A stretch of DNA of 64,000 bases from a virus. The notes under the pieces are model-generated. The model searched no databases, had not been told where the DNA came from, and worked only from the letters and a program-made list of their open reading frames with translations. Made by a program: the position numbers and the translations under genes. Position 1 is the first letter of the stretch, and each line of letters starts with the position of its first letter. This document shows, piece after piece, positions 30,147 to 41,278 of this stretch. The stretch spans positions 45,498 to 109,497 of the IMG/VR virus record IMGVR_UViG_3300046535_000406; one strand, 5' to 3'.

Positions 30147-31273
30147 GGGTTGCGCAACTGCACGCCACTGGGCGGCCACCCGCCGGGGACCGGCACGGTG
30201 TTCTGGTTGGCCTCCATCTGAAGCCACAGAGACGCCCTTTCGTCAGGGCTTGACGAGGTCCGCCACGCCTCGTAGAGCACGTGCTGCGAGCGCGCCGTCG
30301 CGACGGACTCCGGCGTGTGGAACTGCAACTCGAAGCGAATGTCGGTGCCCGGCTTCTCGAAGACGGCGTTGACGCCCTGATAGACCGCCGGTGGTGGCTC
30401 ATGGTCCCAGAAGTTCTTGGGCGCCTTGCCGCCCAGTGGGGCGTAGCCCTTCCGAAGCAGGTCGGTGTAGGCGCTCTGGAAGGTGTCCCGGTACGTGGAG
30501 TCGTCAGCCACCATCGTGTAGCGGAGGCTGTCGTTGATCCCGCCCGCCGCCTCCGGGATGGTGAGGTTCTTGTCCCGGGCGTCAGCGGCGATCTTCTCGG
30601 CCAGTCGGTCCTCGCCCTTCAGCCGGGCGTCAAGGCCCTGCATGGTCGCTCCGACCTTGCCGGAGATGGTCTGAAGGTCGGCTGTTACCTGCGGCTCGTT
30701 CTTCACCGCCGCCAAGCGCATCGCGTGGGCGGCTGCCGCCACCGTCGTCATGCCAGCTGGGATGGGATGGCCGCCCTTCCCGCCCCACCACGCGCCGTAG
30801 TAATGGTCGTCGTCGCTGGCCTCGTGAAGGGGCTTCCACTGCCAGTCCCACGCCTTGCCAGCATCGGTCAGGGCCGGTGTCGCCTTGGCTGCCTTGTCCG
30901 CTTCCGCCTTGGCTGCCTTGGTGAGCATCGCCGACACGCTGTTCGCGACATCGGGTGCCCAGATGCCTTGCGAGTGCGCGGTCATGTACCAGATGTCACC
31001 GACACGATTGAACGTGGCTGACGCCTTGCCCTTCGTGATCGTGACTGCCTGCCCGTCCGGGTGGACCTCCACCTTGTCCGGGTGAGCGGCCAGCCGCTTC
31101 TGCTCGTCGTGCCCAGCGTGCGCCGACAACTCGTGACCCATCGCCTCCGGGTGTCCGCCGGACGATGCCTTGCCGCCTTCCCACGCTCCGTAGAAGTGAT
31201 CGCCGCCCGACTCGACCAGACGGTGCGTGTCCATCTCGGTGGCGATCGCCTCGCGGAGGCTGGGCTCCCTCAC
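30143..31273 (-). CDS. Tagged modular protein ending in RelA/SpoT-like (small alarmone synthetase/toxSAS-type) domain
   Basis: RLKGEDRLAEKI...DSLRYT...YQGVN...FELQFHT...HVLYEAWR; GTGA start at 31273. Confidence 0.8.
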   Translation of the reverse strand: MREPSLREAIATEMDTHRLVESGGDHFYGAWEGGKASSGGHPEAMGHELSAHAGHDEQKRLAAHPDKVEVHPDGQAVTITKGKASATFNRVGDIWYMTAHSQGIWAPDVANSVSAMLTKAAKAEADKAAKATPALTDAGKAWDWQWKPLHEASDDDHYYGAWWGGKGGHPIPAGMTTVAAAAHAMRLAAVKNEPQVTADLQTISGKVGATMQGLDARLKGEDRLAEKIAADARDKNLTIPEAAGGINDSLRYTMVADDSTYRDTFQSAYTDLLRKGYAPLGGKAPKNFWDHEPPPAVYQGVNAVFEKPGTDIRFELQFHTPESVATARSQHVLYEAWRTSSSPDERASLWLQMEANQNTVPVPGGWPPSGVQLRNP

Positions 31274-31482
31274 GACACGAGCCTTGACTGGCGTGGGGCG
31301 ATCAGCGTCGGGTTGCAGCAGCAGGCGTAGGCGTTCATCACCGCACAGATCGGCTGGTGCATGACGACGAAGTTGCCCTGATCGTGGTTCTCGCCGGTCC
31401 GGGGCCAGACGCTGAGCAGAGCGTCCAGCGTGGAGTCGTACTCGCCCGCCGCCGGGAGCACATCGATCGACGTGTGTTCCAC
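31270..31482 (-). CDS. Hypothetical Cys/His protein
   Basis: Coupled to the downstream gene. Confidence 0.45.
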   Translation of the reverse strand: MEHTSIDVLPAAGEYDSTLDALLSVWPRTGENHDQGNFVVMHQPICAVMNAYACCCNPTLIAPRQSRLVS

Positions 31483-31506
31483 CCGGGCACGATAGCGTGA
31501 TCGGGA

Positions 31507-32550
31507 CTAGAGCGCCAGCCCGCGTTGCAGCCAGTGGAGCCGGTCCTCGGCGATCAGCACGTACTCGTGCTCGCGCTCGATGCCGATCCAGCGGTAGCCC
31601 TCCAACTCGGCGGCCACGCCGGTCGTCCCTGACCCGAGGAAGGGATCGAGGACCACGCCGTCCCGGGGCGTCACGAGCCGGACCAGATGGCGCATCAGGT
31701 CCACCGGCTTGCACGCCGGGTGAGTGTTCTGGCGCATGGTCTTGCGCTCGTAGACCTTCTGGTCGGCGTCGCCCCAGTTGACTGCCGTGACCTTCGAGCT
31801 TCCCGTGCTCGCGACCGGCTGCGCTTCGCGGTCGGACAGGATCGGCTCCCGATCGGGTCCGGCTTTGGGCACGAGGAACATACGGGAGTAGTCGCCTCGC
31901 AGGACAGGGTCGGTGAGCAGCAGGTTCGCGGGCCAGCGGTCCCCGACCCGTGCCCCCTCGATGTTCAGCGCGCCGGTGCCGGAGCGGAGCACATTGGCGG
32001 CGATCGAGCCGGGGTGTGGCTTGCGCGCCATGACGATCGGCTCCCACGCTGGCTTCAGCGCGGTGCCCCAGCCTTGCCACTTCTGGGCGTCAGATGTGAT
32101 CGCCACATCTGAGAGCACGTCGAAGTCCAGCTTCGAGCGGCCCTGATCGCCCTGCTCGACGTTCGTTGACGCCATTCCGGGTGCGCGCATGGTGCCGACC
32201 ACCTCGCGCTGTGCGCCTTGGAGCCGGTCGATGTCCTTGGAGATGTTCCGGGACTTGGGGAAGCCCTGAGCGTAGGCCCAGCAGAGGGTGTCGCGAAGCT
32301 CCCAGCCAGCGTCCTCGATCGCCACCATCATCCGGTGGAAGGTGCGCGTGCCGCCGAAGGCGAGCAGGTAGGCTCCCGGCTTGGCGACCCTCAGCATCGC
32401 CGACCACGTGGCCGGGTCGAAGGCGATGCCCGTGCTGTCCCACGCCTTGCCCATGAAGCCAAGCTCGTAGGGAGGGTCTGTGGCGATTGCGTCAATCGAG
32501 TCCGCTTCCATGTCCGCCATGGCCGCGATGCAATCCGCCTCGATGATCAC
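31507..32550 (-). CDS. DNA N6-adenine/N4-cytosine methyltransferase (beta class)
   Basis: TDPPY...HPACKP...VLDPFLGSGTT; GTGA start. Confidence 0.92.
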   Translation of the reverse strand: MIIEADCIAAMADMEADSIDAIATDPPYELGFMGKAWDSTGIAFDPATWSAMLRVAKPGAYLLAFGGTRTFHRMMVAIEDAGWELRDTLCWAYAQGFPKSRNISKDIDRLQGAQREVVGTMRAPGMASTNVEQGDQGRSKLDFDVLSDVAITSDAQKWQGWGTALKPAWEPIVMARKPHPGSIAANVLRSGTGALNIEGARVGDRWPANLLLTDPVLRGDYSRMFLVPKAGPDREPILSDREAQPVASTGSSKVTAVNWGDADQKVYERKTMRQNTHPACKPVDLMRHLVRLVTPRDGVVLDPFLGSGTTGVAAELEGYRWIGIEREHEYVLIAEDRLHWLQRGLAL

Positions 32551-34863
32551 GGGAGTGTCCGGTAGACCAGCGCCCAGACGACCGCCGTCAGCACGACAAC
32601 GAGGACCAAGCTGGCAGCGCCAACGGTGTTGTCGTGTGGCAGGCCGAGCAGGTTGATAGCCGTCGCCACGACGGCGCCCACGCCCATCAGGACGAGCCCA
32701 GCGCACCATCCCCAGAGGTCACGGGTCATTCGGTCGTCCCCAGACCCGGCAGAGGCTGCTCGGACTCAGGCGTCGGGATCGGATCGTCGGCGTGCCTCCA
32801 CGGGATCACCGGGCGCAGGAACGATCCTGCCAGCCGCCGACCGCATCGGATCGTCCGCTTCTCGTTCAGGAATGTCTCGCAGAACCAGTCGCCCTTCTCG
32901 TGGCCGCCGGGCGCGTAGTGCGGGTCGATCACGTGCTCGGTCAGGGCAGCACCTCGATCGAGGAACGGTCCACGTCGTACTGACCGTTGATGCCGTCGAG
33001 CATGATCAGGGCGCGGATGCGCTTCGCCCCGGCCCCAGAGCCGTCGTAGACAGCGAGCACGGTCCCCATGACCCCGGGCTTGGCGACCCGCTCCGTCGCC
33101 CACTGGCGATGGCCGAGCGGGATCGCCCGGGCTACGCGGCAGCGCGGCCCGGGAGGCGGCTTGGGGAACGCAACGACATCGCCCACCTCAGACGATCAGG
33201 CCCGTCTTCCGCTTGGGCTTCAGGCCGAAGTAGCGCACGTCGTACTGGCAGTGGAAGCAGCGGGCGACGTTGCGCTCCACCGCCGGGTTGGCGTCGTTCG
33301 GGTCCATGCCCTTGGGCACGGAGGCGTACCACTGTTCGAGCGCCCCGGGCTGGGCCACGTTGGTGTGGGTGACAGGGTCAATCTCGACCTGCTCGATCGT
33401 CGGTGCCCAGATCAGGTAAGCGTCGCAGCACTTGCAGTAGAGCGGAGGACCCGACAGATCGAGGCTGTTCTGCTGGAAGATGGCGGCGGCCTCGCCCAGC
33501 CGTTCACGTGATCCACGGCAGTAGCCGGTGCACGGAGGGATGATCGGGCGCTGGTCGTACTCAGCTGAGACGGGCATCAGTCGTTGTCTCCCATGGGCAG
33601 GTCGCCTTCCTCCCAGATCGCGAGAGGCACCTCGGCGAGAATGCGGGACTCCTCGGGCTCGGCGCCCTCGGCGATCAGCTTCGCCAGTAGCTCGTGACCG
33701 GCGTCAAGCGCCTTCTGAAGCATGTCGTCGGAGACTGGGACACCGGGCCTCACGAGCGCGCCGGTGCGCCGGTCGATCACCGGCATCTTCTCCATCGGGT
33801 CGCCCAGATACTCCCTGATCTGCTTCAGGCTGTAGCCGTCGCGCTGCATCCGGGCGGCGGCCAAGATCGTGTCCTGAGCCGACACCTTGGTCAGCTTGCC
33901 GGGCTCACCGATGCGGTCGATCGAGAGCAGACCCATGGGCTCCTGACGAATGTGCTCGCCGGACACGCTGATCGTGCCGTCGGCGTTCTTCACGAGCCTC
34001 GGGCCACCGCGCCCGGGGATGATCAGTCGGTCCATGCGCCGTTCTCCTTGGCTGCGTCAACGAGGACGTGCAGCTGCTTCTGACCGGCTGGCCCGATCAG
34101 GCCCCACATCCGGTTGGCCTCCATCAGGTGGGCCGAGCAGGGCGGGCTGACGGCGGGCACACGGTGGGCCGCGACGCACAGGCGCCTCGCAAGCTCGACG
34201 TTGGTGATCTGGCCGCTCATATCATCCTCTCCATTGCCTTGGGGTCGAACACGACCAGCTGGTCAGGCGGGCACACGGGGTTCACCTCGATCAGGTCCAG
34301 CAGGCCGCCCGTCAAGCCGCGCTCCCGGAGGCTCTCAATGGTCGCAGCCGTGGCGTAGACATGAGCGCCATTGCGGATGGCCTCTCGGGCGCGCTCCCAG
34401 CGGGCTTCCTCGTCGGGGCTCATCCGGCCACCAGCATCTTCTGGCCGTCCCCGGCCACCCAGTCGGCCATCGTCTGGCCGTTGGCGAGCATCAGGTAGGG
34501 CATGAACTCGCGCTCGACCGTCGTCTCGCCGCCGTCGGCAAACTCCATCTTGGCCTTGATGAGCAGGACGATCGCCCGCCACCTTCGGCGCCACTCGGCA
34601 TCGAGCGCGACCTCCTGATCAGCTTGGTGACGCCAGCCCCAGTCGGTCTTACCGGCGGAGAGGAACGACTCGCGGGCGTCATCCATGGACGGTCGGTCGA
34701 TGCTGAACTTGTAGAGCTTGCCGCCAATCTCGAACTGAAGGAAGTCGCCGGTCGGCTTGGTGCCCCACGCCATCGTGGACACGCCGTGCTTCGCGAGGAT
34801 GCCCGTAATCTCGCCCCGGCTGTCTGTGGCGCTGACCTTGGTGCCGTAGGCGTATCGAGCCAT
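32547..34863 (-). other. Run of small coupled hypothetical ORFs (32547, 32726, 32941, 33188, 33577, 34023, 34217, 34420)
   Basis: Coupled ORFs with typical codon usage. Confidence 0.55.
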
Positions 34864-35076
34864 CAGTCTGCCCACTCCGTAGCGAGTCCGATGCGATGGG
34901 TGGAGCAGCGCCAGCACATCGCGTTGCGATAGTCCGGGTCCTCTGGGAAGGTGGCGCTGCTCACCGCTGGGTGCATGACCTCCCCGCAGTCGGCGGTAAC
35001 GGCGGTTCCGCCGGTGCGCCAGTAGTCCGGGAAGTCAGCAGGTAGTGTAACGGTGTGCCACCAGCCGACGAAGCCG

Positions 35077-35475
35077 TCACGCTTCGGGCGGACCCACCAC
35101 CTGCTCGATATGGACGTGGACGGCTGAGAGCTTGGGGGTGACGACGATGACTGGGCTCCCGAGGATGACGTGATCGGCGGAGTCGTCCGGAATGAGATGC
35201 GCGTCTCGGATGCCGTCAAGGATGGGCTTGCAGGCGGCGACGAGGTTGTCGCGATCACGCCGGGATCGACTCGGTACGTGGAACTCGTAGGTGATCCGAG
35301 TGGTCGGCCACGGAAACTCACTGGCCCGAGCCTCGTTTCGAGCCGAGACGGCTGCGAGGTAGGCGTCGGATCGCCACTGTCGGACGATCTTCCCCTTGGA
35401 GCCCCAGTGGAGCCGGTTGAGTTGGTTGGGTCCGGGCGGGATGCCTGCGAGGACGACCGTGATGCTGTCTGCCAT
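35077..35475 (-). CDS. rusA: RusA-like Holliday junction resolvase
   Basis: PGPN...RRDRDNLVAACKPILDGI...IPDDS. Confidence 0.75.
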   Translation of the reverse strand: MADSITVVLAGIPPGPNQLNRLHWGSKGKIVRQWRSDAYLAAVSARNEARASEFPWPTTRITYEFHVPSRSRRDRDNLVAACKPILDGIRDAHLIPDDSADHVILGSPVIVVTPKLSAVHVHIEQVVGPPEA

Positions 35476-35988
35476 GCGTACATCATCAGGCACCCGAGCA
35501 CATAGGCACCGGCCACCATGATGGCCGTTCGGACATCGATCCCCACCCACGCGATCGCCAAGCATGTGACCCCCTCGATGATCAGACCGATGCCGAGCGT
35601 CGCGAGGAACGCCGCTCGCCTCACGGCCTCATCTGTCATAGACACGAAGCTCCTTCCCCCGGCGATGCACGCCGAAGTGGCCCCCGCACACGTCAACGGG
35701 GTCGTCCTCGGTGAACAGGCGGATCACCGCGTCCTTGGGGCACTGGCCGCCGCTCGCCTCGGAGAGGGACATGCAGCGCGTCAGTGGGCAGGTCGAGCCG
35801 CAGTAGTCGTACACGTCGTTGGTCGGTACGGGTGGCGCCGGGTCGCGCATGATCACCGAGCCGTTGGGCCGGTGCTCAGCCAGTTCGAGGGCGTGGTAGG
35901 CGTTCGGGTCGATGTGGGCTTGCAGCCGGTAGGTGTTCCGATCGTCGGCTTCCTGCCGGGCGCAGCAGAGCGTGTGGGTGTAGCTCAC

Positions 35989-37152
35989 CTAGCGGACCAA
36001 CTCGAACACCCGGGACTTGCGGACGATCAGGTCCTTCTCAGGCGGACCCTTGACGAAGCTGTTGATCCAGACCTGCCGGTGGATGCCCAGAGACTTGTAG
36101 GGCTGGTTCCGCCAGAAGCCACGGACGATCCAGCGTCCACGCCACTCCACGTGGCGCACCGGCTGGCCGTCGGGGGGCTCGTGCTTGGGGCGCCGGAGCC
36201 GGATCACGGTGATCGGCTTGGCCGTGAGGTTGGCCCGCTCCCAGCGGCGGCGGAAGTTGTTGGGCGCCCGGACCTGCTCGCGGGTGGCGAGCGTCTGCTG
36301 CATCAGCCGCCACAGCGACTGGACGTGGACTTCGATGCTGTCGGTCTTGGTGCGGGCCGCCTCGAACTCCGGGGAGCCCGGCTCGTAGATATGGCCCTTG
36401 CCGTCGCGCTCTTGGACCTCCACGCGCTCCATGCCGTGGCTGGTCCCAAACTCCCACGTGTAGAGCATGTCCACCGTCAGGGTGCCGTTCCGGAACGGGA
36501 TGCGCGTCCGGGTCACGCCCTCCGTGCCATCCAACTCCGAGGGCGGGATGACGTGATCGTCCAGCACGTGAGTCATGGACAGGTCCTCGTCGGGCCGGAC
36601 TTGACCCCCGGACAGGCGGCGGCGTTCCTCGTCAGCCTCTGGGCCGTTGTAGTGCAGGAAGTCACCGCCCAGATCGTAGTCGTCGGTGTCACCGACGGCA
36701 TGGAAGGCGTAGATGGCGATGCCCTTGGCGTCGGCGGGTGAGTCGTCGCCCATCCCGGGCAGCATCTTCTTCTTGGGCATCTTCAGCTTGGCGGGCGACC
36801 ACATCAGGGCGCGGTAGGTCGTCTTGCGACCGTGCACGTCGAGCGTCGTGTGGGGGCGCGGGAACAGGACGAACCCGGCGGGCATGATCAGGTCTTCCGG
36901 CACCAGTGGCTCCGGCTGGAAGGTCGGGATGGCGGCCTCCCAGAGCGTCTGCATGTCGGGATCGACCCACACCGGGTCAGCCGCCATGGCGCTCCATCTG
37001 ATCTTGGCCGCGATGTCGTGCGACGGTGCCAGCCGCTTGGACTCGACCTCCTGATCGAACCAGCCGTTCACGTACATCTTCATCGTGGGCTCGTCCATGG
37101 ACGTGATCAGGTCCAGCTGCGCGTCGAGCGCGTCTTCCCATCGGGCGGTCAT
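35989..37152 (-). CDS. Conserved-looking phage protein of unknown function
   Basis: Basic C-terminal WIVRGFWRNQ...WINSFVKGP motif. Confidence 0.6.
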   Translation of the reverse strand: MTARWEDALDAQLDLITSMDEPTMKMYVNGWFDQEVESKRLAPSHDIAAKIRWSAMAADPVWVDPDMQTLWEAAIPTFQPEPLVPEDLIMPAGFVLFPRPHTTLDVHGRKTTYRALMWSPAKLKMPKKKMLPGMGDDSPADAKGIAIYAFHAVGDTDDYDLGGDFLHYNGPEADEERRRLSGGQVRPDEDLSMTHVLDDHVIPPSELDGTEGVTRTRIPFRNGTLTVDMLYTWEFGTSHGMERVEVQERDGKGHIYEPGSPEFEAARTKTDSIEVHVQSLWRLMQQTLATREQVRAPNNFRRRWERANLTAKPITVIRLRRPKHEPPDGQPVRHVEWRGRWIVRGFWRNQPYKSLGIHRQVWINSFVKGPPEKDLIVRKSRVFELVR

Positions 37153-37724
37153 TACGCGCCCCCCATCGGGGTCGCGTACGTCTTGCCGCCAGCGAAGATG
37201 ATCAGGCGCTCGCTGTGCCGGTGGCCGGGCTTCATCTTGGGCTCGCTCGTGGTGTACGGGCACGTCTCCCCAGCCGCCTCGACCGGACAGGGCACGAGCT
37301 TCCCGCGCTTGGCTGCGATGCGGGCCTGATACGCCTCGTACCGCTTGGCTTCAGCGGGGGCTCCGAGGGCGATCACGGCCTTCTTCCAGCCGGGTCCGTG
37401 GCTGCCCTTGCGGATGAGGTGGGCCACCTCGTGGATCAGCATGTCGGTGGCCTTGCCGGATGGCGTCAGGACGCGCTTGGCGGAGCGGAAGCACACCCAG
37501 TCGAGCCACGGGTCGCCCAGTCGGTTGTGGGCGTGGGCAGAGCGGCGGAACGCGCCCTGCCGGTCGGTGCCGATGGCCTCGACGCAGCCACCGACCGAGA
37601 CGCCGCGAACGGCGTCGATGGGCAGCGGGTAGAGACGGGCGTCGTCGGCCCGGAGGGACAGCGCGTTCAGCGCGTCGCGGACCGGGCCGTAGAGGTTGAT
37701 TTCGTCGTACAGGACCTCAGCCAC
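37152..37724 (-). CDS. SprT-like zinc metalloprotease
   Basis: LIHEVAH...SHGPGWK. Confidence 0.7.
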   Translation of the reverse strand: MAEVLYDEINLYGPVRDALNALSLRADDARLYPLPIDAVRGVSVGGCVEAIGTDRQGAFRRSAHAHNRLGDPWLDWVCFRSAKRVLTPSGKATDMLIHEVAHLIRKGSHGPGWKKAVIALGAPAEAKRYEAYQARIAAKRGKLVPCPVEAAGETCPYTTSEPKMKPGHRHSERLIIFAGGKTYATPMGGA

Positions 37725-38612
37725 GGGACACCGCCTTGGGCTTGGGCGCGTGGAGCAGCCCGGCCTCGGCGGCGTGATGCCAGCAGTACCACTTGCCATT
37801 GCGCTTGTCCTCGACGTTGCCGCGACGGCCATCGCGGCCATCGCAGAAGCCGCGCCGGGGAGCGCGGATCGTTGCCTTCACGGTGCAGTCTCCTGAGTCT
37901 TGGGCTGGAATGTCCAGCCGGGGAGGGTCCCGGCCATCAGCCGGTTCAGGTCGCGCCGGGCTCCGGCGACGTAGAGCTTGAACTTCGTCTCGCGGCTGCC
38001 CTCGGTGTCGGGCTTGTCGGCACCGCCGACGTTGACTGGGTTGGGGCGCAGGAAGCGGGTGAAGGCCGCCTTCCGCTGGCCCTCGATGGTGGATAGCTCG
38101 GGCCATGCAGCGCAGACGCGCTTCGAGGCTTCGAGGCGGTGCTCCCCGAAGACGATCGGCTCGCCCTTGGCGGGCAGCTTCGCCTTGCGCTCGGGCAGCT
38201 TGTTCTTGTCGTCGGCGGTCAGCTTGCGGGCCATTACGACTGCACCATCCCACGCGACTCGGCCATGGCCGCGACGAGCGCCGTGATGCCGTTGGGGTCG
38301 AGCCCGTCGCCCGGGGTGTTGTACCCGCTGGGGCGGAAGGCGAGCTTGCCGTCGGTGCGGAGCGTGGCGACCACTTCCGTCGAGTCGCCCTCGCGACCGA
38401 CGTAGATCACCGCGCCCAGTTCGCGCCGGTAGGTGTCGCGGGCCTGAGCACGAGCAGCTGCGATGGCAGCCTCGTGGTCCATGGCCGTGACCATGAATGA
38501 GTATCCGTCTGGGACTACTGAGAAGCCCAGTGCGCGAAGCGGATCGTTGACGCTTGGAGTCGTCATCGGAACCTCCTGTGGGGGCCGGGTCACTCGCTCG
38601 GCCTCCACCTAG

Positions 38613-38645
38613 AGCCTAGCAGGTCAGCTACAGGGAGTCAATAGG
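38613..38645 (-). promoter_or_regulatory. Repeated phage promoter
   Basis: TTGACT-17-TAGGCT. Confidence 0.7.
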
Positions 38646-38941
38646 TTAGATCAGGACCCGGGTCGGGTGGCACCGCTGCGCGATCTTCGGATCGGTCGCG
38701 TCCATCCCGCACCGCTGGCAGAACCGGCTGTCCGGCTGCCCAGTCAGGGAGTGGGTCCAGTGGCGCTTCCGCTTGATCGTGGCCGAGAAGCGCGGCTTCG
38801 CTAGAGCCCGCTGGTGGGTCATGCCGTGGGTGTGGTCCCGGTAGAACCCCTTGGGGTAGTGGCCGTCGCATCGGCGGCAGGTCGCTTGGGTGTTCATGGC
38901 TTGGAGCCTCCATGTTGACGGGGTGGTCCCCGCCTAGTACC

Positions 38942-38974
38942 AGTCTACCACAGTCGCGACAGGAAGTCAATAGG
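38942..38974 (-). promoter_or_regulatory. Repeated phage promoter
   Basis: TTGACT-17-TAGACT with TG extension. Confidence 0.75.
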
Positions 38975-40887
38975 TTGTTGGGCGGGCCTCGACAACTTGA
39001 TCCGACCGGACGACTCCGTAGGTCCCGTCGCGCCAGCGGATCACCGGGTCGTCGCCTCGGTGCCCGACCACCATGCCGCTCTGCTCGGCCTCGAACGTCA
39101 GGGGGTCGTCGCCTCGGGGGTCAAGGTTGTCGGCGGCCTCCTTCAGCTGGACCGTGGTCCCGGAGGCGATCATCGGACGCGGAGCACAACCGGCAGCCTG
39201 ACTACCTCGAAGGTGGCGTGCCATCGGTCCGGGGTGCCCTCGACCGAGCGGCACACGGCCTCGCGGTCAGGGAGCTTGGTGCCGTCGTTGCCGGTCAAGG
39301 ACCAGCGGTCCCCGAGCTTGGGTGGCCGGAGCTTCTGGCTGTAGGACCAGCCCGGTCCCGGCTCAGGTCCATCCACCGCGAACACCCAGCCCACGTCCCC
39401 GAACCGGGGCTCGCTACCGGACCCGGAGCCCGGCACAGACGGCGCAGCGCATGGCGGCGTGAGGCGACATGGTGAAGCCGCCGCCCGGGGCAGCACCCAC
39501 GAGGTTGTAGAGCACCCGGCGCTTGCCGCATCCGGCGCACCGGGCTCGGTCGCTCATCCGGCGAAGCTCGATCGTCAGCGACAGCCTGCGCTCGCGGACC
39601 GGCTTGACGAGCGTCCCGATCAGGGCTTGCACCCGGGCGTACTTCTCGTCCGTGGAGTGGCCGTCCCACGTTCCTCCGAGCGGGCTGACGTGCCTGAACA
39701 GGGGCATCTCGGAGTCGTGCACGTGCCATGACACCTGCCCGGTCGGCAGATCGACGTACACGACGTTCCCCCAGCCCTCACCAGCCGACAGGTCGCGGCC
39801 CAGCCACGACGGGTAGAGGGCAGCCAGCAGGGCGACCAGCTGGTCACGCTCCTGATAGGCGGCGTTCTTGTCCTTGACTGCCGCGAGAGCGGCGTCATCC
39901 GACGCCTTCAGTAGCTCGCTGTCAGTCGGTGCTCCCATCGTCGTCCTCCACGGACAGGACCACGGTGCCGGTCGTCATGTCTGGTTCGAGCTTCAGCCCG
40001 CCGGGGGCGCGTAGCTCGTCAGCGCGGAGCACCAGCGGCCCAGTCCGGCGCACGAGCGCCCGGATGATGGCGTAGCTCCATTGCAGCGCACCGGCTTGGT
40101 CGATGATCTGGGCGGTGGCCTCGATCGGGTTGTCCTCGACCGCCTTGACGGTCCGAACAGCGCCGGTCAGGTCCTCGTCGGAGAAGGTGGGCTCGCTCAC
40201 GAGGGCACCGGGTGTCGGCGGGCTTCAGCGCACACGTGGTCCGGGCACTCCTCATAGGGGTAGGGCTCGCCAGTCCACTTGTGATGGGTGCGGACATGGG
40301 GATGACAGGAGCACCCGCCTTCGATGTGGCGTAGCCGGGCCATGGCGTGCATCCCCTTCAGGTAACGCTCGGGATAGTCGCTCACGAGGCCACCGCGCAA
40401 AGCTCGCAGAGCATCTTGTCCTCGACCTCCATGGCCGACTCGGCGGAGCGCACGCGCTTCAGGGCGATCGCCCGGCCACAGCGGGCCACGATGGTCTTGC
40501 CCGGGCGGACGGCAGAGACGATGTGCCAGCGTCCTCGGCGCGATACCCGGGCGTACTTCGGCTTCCGGGCGGTCATCCGAGCGCGGGGAGGGCCGCCTTC
40601 AGGGCGCCCAGTCGTGTGCTGGCCCGGACGGTGATGGCCTCGATGGTGGTGATGCGGATGACCGTGCAGGTCCACACATCGTCCGTGCCCTTGGCGATCG
40701 ACGCGATGGTGGCTCCTGCCGCCCTGATCTTGTCGGCGACTGCCGCCTCACTGGGTGTGGCGTGCTCGATCTGGTGGTCATCTGGCTGGGACAAGGAGCC
40801 TCCTGCGAAGTTGCCGACCGGGACGTTTGCACCGGCCACCGGACCCGCCCTTGGATCAGAGTGGACCCGCCCCGGTCGGCTGCGCTG

Positions 40888-40921
40888 AGTCTAGCAGGAA
40901 GTCCAGCAGGAGGTCAATGGG
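40888..40921 (-). promoter_or_regulatory. Repeated phage promoter
   Basis: TTGACC-18-TAGACT. Confidence 0.65.
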
Positions 40922-41278
40922 TTAGACGGTCTGCGTCTCCCACGGCGCGTGGCCCTCGACCAAGACGCCCGGGCCTGCCCGCTCCACCGGCGCGACCGGC
41001 TCAGGCGGCTCGGGGACGGGCAGCAGGCCAGCTGCCTCCTTGTCCCAGTAGTCGGCGTTGGTGGGCTCGCGGTACTTGCCGTTCATCAGGGCCACGCCTG
41101 CGGCGGTGGGGATGGGCAGGTACTTCTCCACGAACGTCGTGTCGTACTCGCCGATGGGCATGGACCACGACGTGGGCAGCGCCTTCATCACCACGATCGA
41201 GGCGTAGCCGGACGAGACGCCCTCGACCTTGACGACCACGTCGTTGTCGCGCTTCCGGAACAGGGGACCGTGCATCGC

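Larger units (their letters stand above)
37717..41275 (-). other. Cluster of small hypothetical ORFs (37878, 38234, 38646, 38967, 39170, 39414, 39922, 40382, 40573, 40922)
   Basis: Coupled ORFs, GGAGG RBSs and interspersed promoter repeats. Confidence 0.55.

Noticed and set aside
31274-32080. N-terminal extension of the 645-aa ORF 30143-32080
   Set aside because: Overlaps the methyltransferase in another frame; the coupled GTG at 31273 is the better start.
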